A stretch of 52,553 nt of DNA, counting the filler, from Sanchytrium tribonematis (Eukaryota): assembly GCA_018985235.1 (NCBI GenBank). It is 6 parts of 6 records of this genome, joined end to end, with 100 filler letters (N's around TTAATTAATTAA, not from the genome) between each part and the next. Parts side by side here need not be neighbours in the genome. Positions count along the whole stretch, not along the records: positions 32,089 to 52,553 come from JADGIG010000098.1; 5 more parts are not named here. One strand, written 5' to 3'. A program made the translations under genes and the position numbers. Every line of letters begins with the position of its first letter. The stretch's first letter is position 1. The notes under the pieces were generated by a model. The model ran no database searches and was not told where the DNA came from. It worked only from the letters and a program-made list of their open reading frames with translations. Positions 35,024 through 43,860 of the stretch are shown one piece after another.

Positions 35024-35665
35024 TTAACTCGTCGTCGTCGTCGTCGTGGTTGGCAGCGAAGAATCAGGGCGAATTCCTATAATCTCACAATGTTTTTCAA
35101 TATGCCCATTCACTGTCAATCCCCCATTCCCAGTTCTAGTACATGCAAAATCTTCTTTAGAATATGTATCAAATATACACATGAAATATTGTATAAATAA
35201 AACAGCCATTGCACCCATCCCACTATATTCCAATGCTTTACTCCATTCAGCATCTGATTTAGAGAATCGAATGCCCACAATTGTCATTGGAAATGCAATT
35301 AAAAATAAAATAAATGAAGTGAGTCGGACACGGATGTACTTGTTTTCTCTTTTCTTTAAAGTTGTGGATGGATTCATGGCATTGATGGCTTCAATAGTGG
35401 TTTGGACGAGTGGGTCGTTGTATGTGCCAGTTTCAATCCCAATTTGACGTAATTTGTCCAAATCCATTTCTCCAGTCAATTTGTATTGGTCGTATGCTGC
35501 AATGACGTATTCATGCGGTAATCCTCTCAATTTCTCAGTCATTTCGGAAATGGACATTGCTCTCAATGCATCATCCACTTTACTTAATGCATCTTGTTGA
35601 TCCGACACATGGATTGTTCTTGGGCATGTTTGAATCAGTGCGACAATGATGATATGGAATAGCAT
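35024..35665 (-). CDS. Family member 5
   Basis: MLFHIIIVALIQTCP...TLKKR; EWSKALEYSG loop shared with member 11. Confidence 0.8.
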   Translation of the reverse strand: MLFHIIIVALIQTCPRTIHVSDQQDALSKVDDALRAMSISEMTEKLRGLPHEYVIAAYDQYKLTGEMDLDKLRQIGIETGTYNDPLVQTTIEAINAMNPSTTLKKRENKYIRVRLTSFILFLIAFPMTIVGIRFSKSDAEWSKALEYSGMGAMAVLFIQYFMCIFDTYSKEDFACTRTGNGGLTVNGHIEKHCEIIGIRPDSSLPTTTTTTTS

Positions 35666-35719
35666 TTGCCATAGATGATCTGTGATTGTTAAAAACAAAT
35701 CAATGATGCCATTTGATTC

Positions 35720-35760
35720 CATGTGATGTACATGTGATGTACATGTGATGTACATGTGAT
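35720..35760. repeat. Tandem 11-bp repeat (CATGTGATGTA) x3.7 upstream of member 5
   Basis: Read directly; each unit contains the E-box CATGTG. Confidence 0.9.
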
Positions 35761-35822
35761 TTAAAATGACACCATTTATGACGTGCTGTTACGTGATGAT
35801 TTAGCAGTGCAAAATAGATTTA

Positions 35823-36380
35823 TTATACTTTTGTAGATAAATCATCAAGTACTTCAGGTGATTTGGATGGCAACTGATTTTTAACAATAGGTGGTATCCA
35901 ACCTTCAATGACGCATATAAAATAGACAATTGTAGATCCAGCAATGGCACCCAAACTCGCATCATACAATTGAGTTTGTGAATTCGTTTCTTGTTTATGC
36001 GTAAATAAGAGGAGTATCACGGCTGCGATGTAAACAACACCAGTTGCAATTAATGGCACTTTATTCTTGCATTCTCTCTTTTTTAATACGTTGGGTGGTG
36101 CATTTTGTAATTGGTGGGCAACTTGTTGTATCAATGGAATATTTCCAACAAATTGAGCAATTTTATAAATTGCATCTTGATCACCATAAATGGCAGCTAA
36201 TAAATCATATTGGAGATCATGCAAGATGGTGTCGACAAATGGAATGGGTTCCTCGTAATTTGCTTCAATAATTTTCTGTGTCGTTTTAATTTGCAATTTA
36301 TCATGAAAATTTAGTTTAAATTGACTGCATGTATCTGGTTTAATTAGAATTGCCATGAATAAACTGATTACAATCATCAT
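35823..36380 (-). CDS. Family member 6
   Basis: MMIVISLFMAILIKPDTC...VLKKR then two TMs. Confidence 0.8.
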   Translation of the reverse strand: MMIVISLFMAILIKPDTCSQFKLNFHDKLQIKTTQKIIEANYEEPIPFVDTILHDLQYDLLAAIYGDQDAIYKIAQFVGNIPLIQQVAHQLQNAPPNVLKKRECKNKVPLIATGVVYIAAVILLLFTHKQETNSQTQLYDASLGAIAGSTIVYFICVIEGWIPPIVKNQLPSKSPEVLDDLSTKV

Positions 36381-36500
36381 TTGGGGGATACACCCTGTCA
36401 CTATTTGTATTCTAAAATGATGTCATTTTCAAACACGTGATCAACATGTGATCAAGGATAATGCAATCAGTTTTGCAATGCAAAATTGCGACTCATTTAT

Positions 36501-37103
36501 TTAAACTTGACTCGCTCCTGTCTCTGTCTCTGTCTCTGGTACATTCAATGTTCTACCACACAACCATTTACACTTTTGAAAGACTTGTTTTAAAGCATCA
36601 ACTAACTCATATCCATCCAACAAATAAGCATTAAATAATGTAAATTCTGATGCCATAATACCCAATCCAGCATGTGCACATGCCTTGCTGAATTTTGTAT
36701 GTTTTGATTCATCCACAATTAATAATGCCACAGCACCAATAAATATTGCCAAAAATGTAATTTTAGTAATCCAGTATTTGTTACGCTTTACCAGGACATG
36801 CTTGGGTTGATCTGGGTGAATTAATTGGCGTAATTGTGCAGCTACTGTTTGTAATAATGGCAAATGTTGTAATTCCATTACATGTTTTTTGAGAGGTTCC
36901 ATGTCTTGATTGCCAATTGCTTTAAGAATCAAGACAGGTTTGATTGCGTCTACAGTTTGCTGTACAGTTGATAAATCAACTTGACCAACCACTTTATTTA
37001 TAATGTCATATGCATTTAATTGAGTATCTGTCCATTCTGGTACACTGGGACATGTAATTGGTTCAACTAGAGTTGCCATGAATAGTGCCAATACAATCAT
37101 CAT
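36501..37103 (-). CDS. Family member 7
   Basis: MMIVLALFMATLVEPITCP...VLVKR then two TMs. Confidence 0.8.
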   Translation of the reverse strand: MMIVLALFMATLVEPITCPSVPEWTDTQLNAYDIINKVVGQVDLSTVQQTVDAIKPVLILKAIGNQDMEPLKKHVMELQHLPLLQTVAAQLRQLIHPDQPKHVLVKRNKYWITKITFLAIFIGAVALLIVDESKHTKFSKACAHAGLGIMASEFTLFNAYLLDGYELVDALKQVFQKCKWLCGRTLNVPETETETGASQV

Positions 37104-37286
37104 TTGGAGATATATCTGATATTCTATTTAAACAATAAAATGATGCGATTTCAAAACAGGTGATTTATAAATGATGAAAGATGATGAAATATGATGAAAT
37201 GGGTTTTGCAATGCAAAATAAAATGATGTCAATGAACTGCCACTTGGATCATTAGTAAATCATGTATGAAATTGGTTATTTATTCA

Positions 37287-37838
37287 TCAAACTTGTGAAT
37301 TCCCTTGTGTGTTTGCAATTGGTGCTGGAGCATTGCCTGAGAAACAAAAAACTATAACCGCAAACGCTGCTAAAGCACTTGCAAAAGCCAATTCTAGAGC
37401 TCTAGGTCCTTTTGGTTGTTCTACTGTATAACATACTGTAAATAAAGTAGCTGAAGCCACCAGAGCCATTGCTATGATGGGTTTCTGATCTCTCTTTTTC
37501 AAAGCAGTATTGCTAGGTTCAATAGATTCCTCCAACAATTGATGAATCGTGACACCATAGCTTTTCAAATAATCAATCAAATTTTGAGATAAAGTTGGAT
37601 CTTTTGATTGCAATCCACTCACAAATGATTCTAACTCTTTAATATTTCCACTTTCCAATGCTTGATTGATTTGATTGTGCAATTCAGTCATATCAGACAT
37701 ACTATATTTTGTATCTGTTTCTTGAATGAATATATCCGTCAATTGTAATGCATTTTGGAAAATTGCTGGAATATTTGGATTGCAAGCAACGCCGCTAGTT
37801 GCCATTGCATTCATCATCATCAACAGTGCAATCCACAT
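37287..37838 (-). CDS. Family member 8
   Basis: MWIALLMMMNAMA..AC...ALKKR then two TMs. Confidence 0.8.
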   Translation of the reverse strand: MWIALLMMMNAMATSGVACNPNIPAIFQNALQLTDIFIQETDTKYSMSDMTELHNQINQALESGNIKELESFVSGLQSKDPTLSQNLIDYLKSYGVTIHQLLEESIEPSNTALKKRDQKPIIAMALVASATLFTVCYTVEQPKGPRALELAFASALAAFAVIVFCFSGNAPAPIANTQGNSQV

Positions 37839-37937
37839 TTCGACCTAGTTTCAAGGGAATACCCCAGCTAAATATACTCAGTGACAAACAAAACATGTCA
37901 AAATCATGTCACAGCGCACATGAAAATGATTTATTAA

Positions 37938-38505
37938 TTATACCATATCTAATGCTGTATCACTAGGACCCCTAAATACAAATGCAATAATCCGATTTAA
38001 TAAATAGATCATTCCTGGGATGGTGGCACAATATCCTAAATGCCTTGTATGCTCAGGTAAATCCATTGTAGATAATAATGCTATCATTGTAATGAGTATT
38101 ACAAAACCACTTGCATAGATGGATTGAGGAGATGCTTGTTTGAATAATTGTTGCTGTGTTGCAATGGGAATTCTTTTTATCAATTGGTCGGGAGTGATTT
38201 CATGTTGATTCCAATTATGCAATAATGTTGATAAAAAATGATCATTTGCAGATTTCCATTGATGTATGAATGTGGCTAATTTGTCACAATCTTGAGTATT
38301 TAATTGTTCACAGTGACAGGAGTGGATTTAAATTGGAGATTAAATTGTCTAATCGATTTGGATTTGATTGAATCAATGTATGGGTTAATTTGATTGCATT
38401 TTGCCAATTGTGTGGCCAATTAGAGATATCTATTGATGTATCCTGATTTATATGGGAATTGGATTGTAGAATAGCACAATTTATGGTTAAAAATGCAAAT
38501 ATCAT
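37938..38505 (-). pseudogene. Family member 9, frameshifted near 38310-38325
   Basis: The N-terminal part (MIFAFLTINC...NLNPLL) and the C-terminal part (CEQLN...QLIKR plus two TMs) are in different frames; nearby GT-AG candidates I tried do not restore the frame. Confidence 0.7.
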
Positions 38506-38599
38506 TGCAATGGCGATATGTTTCAAGGAAATACCCCTTGAGTATTTGATTGACATTTATTCTCAAATTGCCATGTGATAGAATAACATTTATTTGACA

Positions 38600-39322
38600 T
38601 CACTTGACATTGTTTGCTCCATCTGGTAGTCTATCTGCTACTCCATTTTGTGGTCCATCTGCTGCTTCATTAAATGATCCCACATCTTGCTCACCTTGTT
38701 CATTTGATTGTCCATTTTCGTACACCCTTACTGGTCTTCTATCACACAATTCTTTACCAAAAAACCCTAAAATACACCCAAATACAAAAATTGATTCACC
38801 AGCTATTCCAAAATATCTAAGACCTCGGTGTCCGTTTTGAGCAATCAGTGCTGCAAAAATACAAAAAATTACTAAAAGAGTTGTGCCAATGCAGCCTACT
38901 TCGTGGCCACCTGTTACACGTTTCTGTAAATGAGTGACTTGTGATTTGCTAACAACAAATAAATCCTGAATCATTTGCTCAATATTAATGCCGTGGTTTC
39001 GTAAATAGACTTTGAAATTTGACATCATGTTGTCATCTAATTTATAATTGTCAATCAAATTGATCAAGGCAACATCATTTCGAGTTTGCAATGCTCTATT
39101 TAACTCCTCTTCTAATTCATTCAAATCAATTTTCTTCTCAATATAAGCAAGATCAATTGGATCCAAAGTCTGTGTGAATTCAACTGTTAATTTCATTGCT
39201 CTTTGTACACTTGACGGCAATTGAGAAGTACCTCCTTTGACTGCATTAATATCACATGTTTCTCCACTCTCCATGATTGGTGGGGCAACTGCATTCATCA
39301 TCATCAACAATACAACGATCAT
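38600..39322 (-). CDS. Family member 10
   Basis: MIVVLLMMMNAVA..ETC...HLQKR then two TMs; closest to member 8. Confidence 0.8.
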   Translation of the reverse strand: MIVVLLMMMNAVAPPIMESGETCDINAVKGGTSQLPSSVQRAMKLTVEFTQTLDPIDLAYIEKKIDLNELEEELNRALQTRNDVALINLIDNYKLDDNMMSNFKVYLRNHGINIEQMIQDLFVVSKSQVTHLQKRVTGGHEVGCIGTTLLVIFCIFAALIAQNGHRGLRYFGIAGESIFVFGCILGFFGKELCDRRPVRVYENGQSNEQGEQDVGSFNEAADGPQNGVADRLPDGANNVK

Positions 39323-39373
39323 TTCCTGATGTTTCAAGGGATTACCCCAACTAAATATGTTTAGCGTCATTTA

Positions 39374-40012
39374 TTAAACATCCACTCCATTTGAATCGCT
39401 CTCAGCATTTTCTTCAGACTGATCAATAGGTATTAATTTCGGTTTACTCAATGATTCACGCAATTGTTTATAATTCGTAGGAATATGTTTATGCAAATTA
39501 TACCATTTTACACGCTCAGAATCAAACATACACGTATTAGAAAGTATTAATCCAGCAATAATGATGCTTAAACCACCATATTCTAATCCTTTAGCCCATT
39601 CTCCCTCATTTTTATGAGTTAATCCAATGGCCCATAAAACAAAAGATGACAAGTAAATAATGATGGCAGTGACACGGGTGGTGCTAATTGGTTCTTCACG
39701 CTTCTTTAATGCATATTCATGATGAGATTGGCTGAATACTTGAGTAGATTCTTGCAAAATGGGAGAATTCAATTGTTTTAATCTCTTTGCCACTTCATCA
39801 AGTTCAAAGTAGTCACCACTTAAAATGACTCGTGCCAATTGATATGCATCAATTTGATCTACAGTTTCATGAACTGCTTCATCTGTATATGAATCTACAA
39901 TATGCTCAATGGCATCTAATTGTTCTGAATCAGATTTAGAGATTGCTTCGCCAATTGGCAATACTCGTGGACAAGTTGCTACAGCTATTAATATAGTGAA
40001 AACAATCATCAT
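39374..40012 (-). CDS. Family member 11
   Basis: MMIVFTILIAVATCP...ALKKR then two TMs; EWAKGLEYGG loop. Confidence 0.8.
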   Translation of the reverse strand: MMIVFTILIAVATCPRVLPIGEAISKSDSEQLDAIEHIVDSYTDEAVHETVDQIDAYQLARVILSGDYFELDEVAKRLKQLNSPILQESTQVFSQSHHEYALKKREEPISTTRVTAIIIYLSSFVLWAIGLTHKNEGEWAKGLEYGGLSIIIAGLILSNTCMFDSERVKWYNLHKHIPTNYKQLRESLSKPKLIPIDQSEENAESDSNGVDV

Positions 40013-40018
40013 TAGCCA

Positions 40019-40250
40019 TTTAGCAAGTGGCTGCTTAAAAACAAAAGTATTACACCATTTATGATGCCATATGATGTGATAAATGATGCAAAATACACGT
40101 AATATCACGAATATATTGCAAATGCGTGATGTTTAGTAAGTGGCTGCTTAAAAACAAAAGGATTGCACCATTTATGACGCCATAAGATGTGATATCACAT
40201 CTGATGATCTTGTATTGCGAATATCACGAATATATTGCAAATGCGTAATG
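40019..40250. repeat. Tandem direct duplication (40019-40131 and 40132-40250) of the member-11 upstream region
   Basis: Both units begin TTTAGYAAGTGGCTGCTTAAAAACAAAAG and end AATATCACGAATATATTGCAAATGCGTRATG. Confidence 0.9.
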
Positions 40251-40435
40251 TCAAATGAAACGTGACCCAAGTCATGTCCAATTTGAATCTGCTGATCTGT
40301 TTCGGTGCAAGTCAATATCAATTATTTAACAACTAATCAATGATCGCATATAAACCAATCTAAAAATATAGCCAATCAAAATCTTGATTAAATCAACTTA
40401 CGGATATTTAAACAGAATTATGCCTCAAAGAAACA

Positions 40436-40963
40436 ATGATTTACATTTTACTACAATTATCAATTGCTTATACAACCAAATGTGGATGGCAAAATGCAAA
40501 TATTAAATGCGACAAAGGCTATTATTGTGGAGTAAAAGGACTTTGTGGGAAAACTGTATTCTTCAAACAGAATTGTCAACCAGCTAGTAGTTCAGATGGA
40601 TTGTGTGCGGATGATGGTATTTGTGGATTGATCAATGGAATTCACAAATTTTGTGGACCTGGAAGATCTTGCTATAGAGGCAAATGTGGGAGTGAAATTA
40701 ATGTGATTAATTGTGACACCGGTCATAGCTGGCCAGGTACATGTGGTAGAGGAAATTGTGGTATTGTTTCTAGCAGAGGAATATACAATTGTCCATTTAC
40801 AAAGCCATATTGTCACATGTCTGGGATTGTGGGGTCTTGCAATCAAGTCAAAGAAGGATGTGACCCTCAGTTTAGTCAGGAAAATATGTGTCCATTTTCG
40901 ACCCCAATAACAGTTAGGCCGGGCCCTCATCATTGGGGTGGAGATTTAAATAAATTAGCGTGA
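40436..40963 (+). CDS. Secreted Cys/Gly-rich protein with about three hevein/CBM18-like modules
   Basis: Signal peptide; KCGWQNANIKC..YYCG..GLCG..NCQP...GLC. Confidence 0.75.
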   Translation: MIYILLQLSIAYTTKCGWQNANIKCDKGYYCGVKGLCGKTVFFKQNCQPASSSDGLCADDGICGLINGIHKFCGPGRSCYRGKCGSEINVINCDTGHSWPGTCGRGNCGIVSSRGIYNCPFTKPYCHMSGIVGSCNQVKEGCDPQFSQENMCPFSTPITVRPGPHHWGGDLNKLA

Positions 40964-41151
40964 AATCATTAATCATTCAACATTTAATTAATATGGGTAC
41001 TTGAATGACCTGATAAACATTTTTGCAGCAAGTATTATCAAATGATTGCCAACAAATCAAAAAACAAGATTCTAATAAATGATTGCCAATGATGTTTAAG
41101 CATTTATATGTCTAAGACTACTTAAAGCCATGACGATCCCAAATATCAGTG

Positions 41152-41691
41152 ATGATATACATCTTGATTTTATCCATATTTGCAAAAAAAGAAGAAGCCA
41201 GAAGATGTGGATGGCAAAACGGAAATGCGAAATGTGGGGATGATTATTTTTGTGGAAGTAATGGTCTTTGTGGAAAGAAGGAAGGCTTTAAAATAAACTG
41301 TCAACCAGCTGCTAGTGGATATGGCATGTGTGGCGATGATGGACATTGTGGCGTGTTCTACAATAAATTTAAGAAAGTTCACAGATTCTGTGGATCAGAA
41401 CGAGTGTGTGTTCTATCTAATAAGAAAACGGGTACTTGTGAATTCGTTGACAAGAAATCAGTATCAAAATGTGATTCATTTTATAGTTATCCAGGTTTAT
41501 GTCCCCAAAAGAAGAAGACTCCACCAACTGTGAAACCAAAGAAACCCAAGAAAGGCAAAAAAGGTGGTCATGATGGAGGCAAGCATGGACATAAAAATGG
41601 AGGCAAGCATGATGGGCACAAAGATGGAGGCAAGAAGAATGGTGGGAAGAAAACAGGTGGACGAAAAGGTAATGGCGGCAAAGGTCAATAA
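41152..41691 (+). CDS. Paralogous hevein/CBM18-like secreted protein with a Lys/Gly/His-rich tail
   Basis: RCGWQNGNAKC..YFCG..GLCG..NCQP; tail KKPKKGKKGGHDGGKHGHK. Confidence 0.75.
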   Translation: MIYILILSIFAKKEEARRCGWQNGNAKCGDDYFCGSNGLCGKKEGFKINCQPAASGYGMCGDDGHCGVFYNKFKKVHRFCGSERVCVLSNKKTGTCEFVDKKSVSKCDSFYSYPGLCPQKKKTPPTVKPKKPKKGKKGGHDGGKHGHKNGGKHDGHKDGGKKNGGKKTGGRKGNGGKGQ

Positions 41692-41707
41692 AGTTTATTA
41701 TCATTTA

Positions 41708-42870
41708 TTAATCATCCAACATAATTTCAAATTTAGTGATTTGTGGCAAATAGGCCTGACTACTCAATTCCAAAACATACAAATCATCAAATATGTTTCT
41801 ACCATCATATCCCCCATAATAAAAGATTCTCCCATCCACCAAGCATCCAGCCGTATATCCCCGTCCAATAGGCACATCTCCTTGTATTTTACATCCCTCA
41901 AAACTCATCGTGACTAAATTTAATAAATTCAACTCATTTAAATATTTAGCACCATTATGGCCACCAAATATGAATAAATAAGAGCCTACTTGAGTGGATG
42001 TATGGGATAATCGAGGAACAGGTTTCATTGGCGTTTTAATGGGTAGCCATTTCATTTTATCCAAATCTAAAATATGCGTGTCTCCAAAACATTCGTGACC
42101 TAAATGAAATATAAATAACCATCAGATCCTCCAAATAAAATAGCCTTGTTGCCGAGTAAATTGAGGGATTGGTAGCCTCTAGGTGTTGGTGCGGGTCCAG
42201 TTGTTTTGATGATACTCCATGTCACAGTGTCATTTTCAATACTCAATTCAAAGATATCATCTAATGCCTTGCTCCCATCCCCTCCAAAAATGACGTATAA
42301 TTTATTTTTATAAGCACAGGCTGTATGTGCTCGTCGTGCACCTGGGATTTGACCCAAAACACGCGGTGTTTTCCAAATAAATGATTTTAAATTCAATACG
42401 TGAATGGAATTGAAGTAATTGCTGCCTGCACCACCCCCAAATACATACAAATCATCACCAATGACTGTAGAAGTATGCGCACGGACAGGATCAGGAATAT
42501 CTCCTTTACAAACAGGATTCTGCCAAATAAATGAATCCGTATCAAATACGTATAATTCATTAGAACATTTAGCAGTATCACTCCCTCCAAACAAGTATAT
42601 TTTAGATCCAATCGCATTCATCGTATGTGCTCTTAAATTTTTAGGGGCTATAGGGGATCTAGGTTGTATTTTACGCCAATACATGGATGTTGCTGGTGAA
42701 TTTGGATATACATGGTCTGGAATCACTTGTAATCCATTCCATCCAATTTGACGGGATTTACGTAATAATGCTCTTTCACGAGTAGATTGCATTTTATTCA
42801 ATTGAGATTGTGATAATGTCAAGTTTTTAAGTGGGGATATTTCATCTTTATTCGTTTCTAAAAGTTCCAT
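41708..42870 (-). CDS. Kelch-repeat protein, join(41708..42099,42120..42870)
   Basis: Six RAHT/RGY...YLFGG Kelch repeats; splicing gives FGGSDGHECFGDTHILDL. Confidence 0.92.
42100..42119 (-). other. 20-nt spliceosomal intron in the Kelch gene
   Basis: GTTATTTATATTTCATTTAG on the minus strand; excision restores the Kelch repeat in frame. Confidence 0.88.
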
Positions 42871-43055
42871 TTTAGTGTTTCAGATTGGGAGAATATTTAG
42901 AGACAAAACAAAGCGTATATTTTAATTTGAAGTAGTTTCCTCACAAATGTTTGTAATAGTTTGAACACATCTCTGTGCCACTAGTGACACCATCATGACA
43001 TCATTGTGAAACCATAAAATGTATTTGAAGAATGTTGATCATGTCATTTCGAAAC

Positions 43056-43793
43056 ATGCTACTCATCAACATCGTAGTATGTATTAATACATATATCACG
43101 AACGAAGTCATCCATACATATTCCACAAAATTGAAACCAATACTAAGTAAGAAATGCAGTGCGATTCCGAGTGAAAAGGAATGCACCCAAATAGTATTCG
43201 TATTAGACAATCTAAATCTACAACAAGGTGCTTCAATTATCAATCAATTTCCTCATTTACAAGATAATGATAAGGAATCAAAGATACAATTTTATTTCAA
43301 TTTATTCAAACAAGTTTTACTAGAACAAGTACAATGTGATAGGAATTGTCAAAATGAAATGCGTCAATTGGATTTTACAAAGATTGCCGATATCGTGAGT
43401 GATTTACAAATTTCACAAGAGCTTACTGATTTAAAATTCAAAGAAAGTGAGAATTTAATAATCGATTTAATGAGATCCACAATTGACACCCAATTAGCTT
43501 ATATTCAACAAAAACTACTCAAATCTAACCAGATCCAACTACAAAAAAGAGCACATAATGCCATTCCATCCATCAAACGAAAATCTTATTATTTCTCACT
43601 GGCCATATTAATTCTTGCTTGGATGGATAAATTAGACCTCGTGTGGTATTGTAGATCCTTAATTATGTATTTCATGGCTGTTTTTGCAAATGCATTCACA
43701 AATCCATATTATGGACCAGATGATAAATTTGGTTTATTTGTTGAATTTACGATATTGATATTTGGATATTTTATAAAAGAATTTGGAATTTAA
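43056..43793 (+). CDS. Dispersed signal-pro-KR-TM family member 12
   Basis: MLLINIVVC..KKC...helical region...QLQKR then 2-3 hydrophobic helices. Confidence 0.7.
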   Translation: MLLINIVVCINTYITNEVIHTYSTKLKPILSKKCSAIPSEKECTQIVFVLDNLNLQQGASIINQFPHLQDNDKESKIQFYFNLFKQVLLEQVQCDRNCQNEMRQLDFTKIADIVSDLQISQELTDLKFKESENLIIDLMRSTIDTQLAYIQQKLLKSNQIQLQKRAHNAIPSIKRKSYYFSLAILILAWMDKLDLVWYCRSLIMYFMAVFANAFTNPYYGPDDKFGLFVEFTILIFGYFIKEFGI

Positions 43794-43860
43794 ATTGACT
43801 ATTTATTGATGATATGGATTGTGTGGCAATATTCAAGACATTGACAACAAACTAGACTCA

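Noticed and set aside
35720..35760. CRISPR-like or telomeric repeat
   Set aside because: No spacers, eukaryotic context, internal location and only 41 bp
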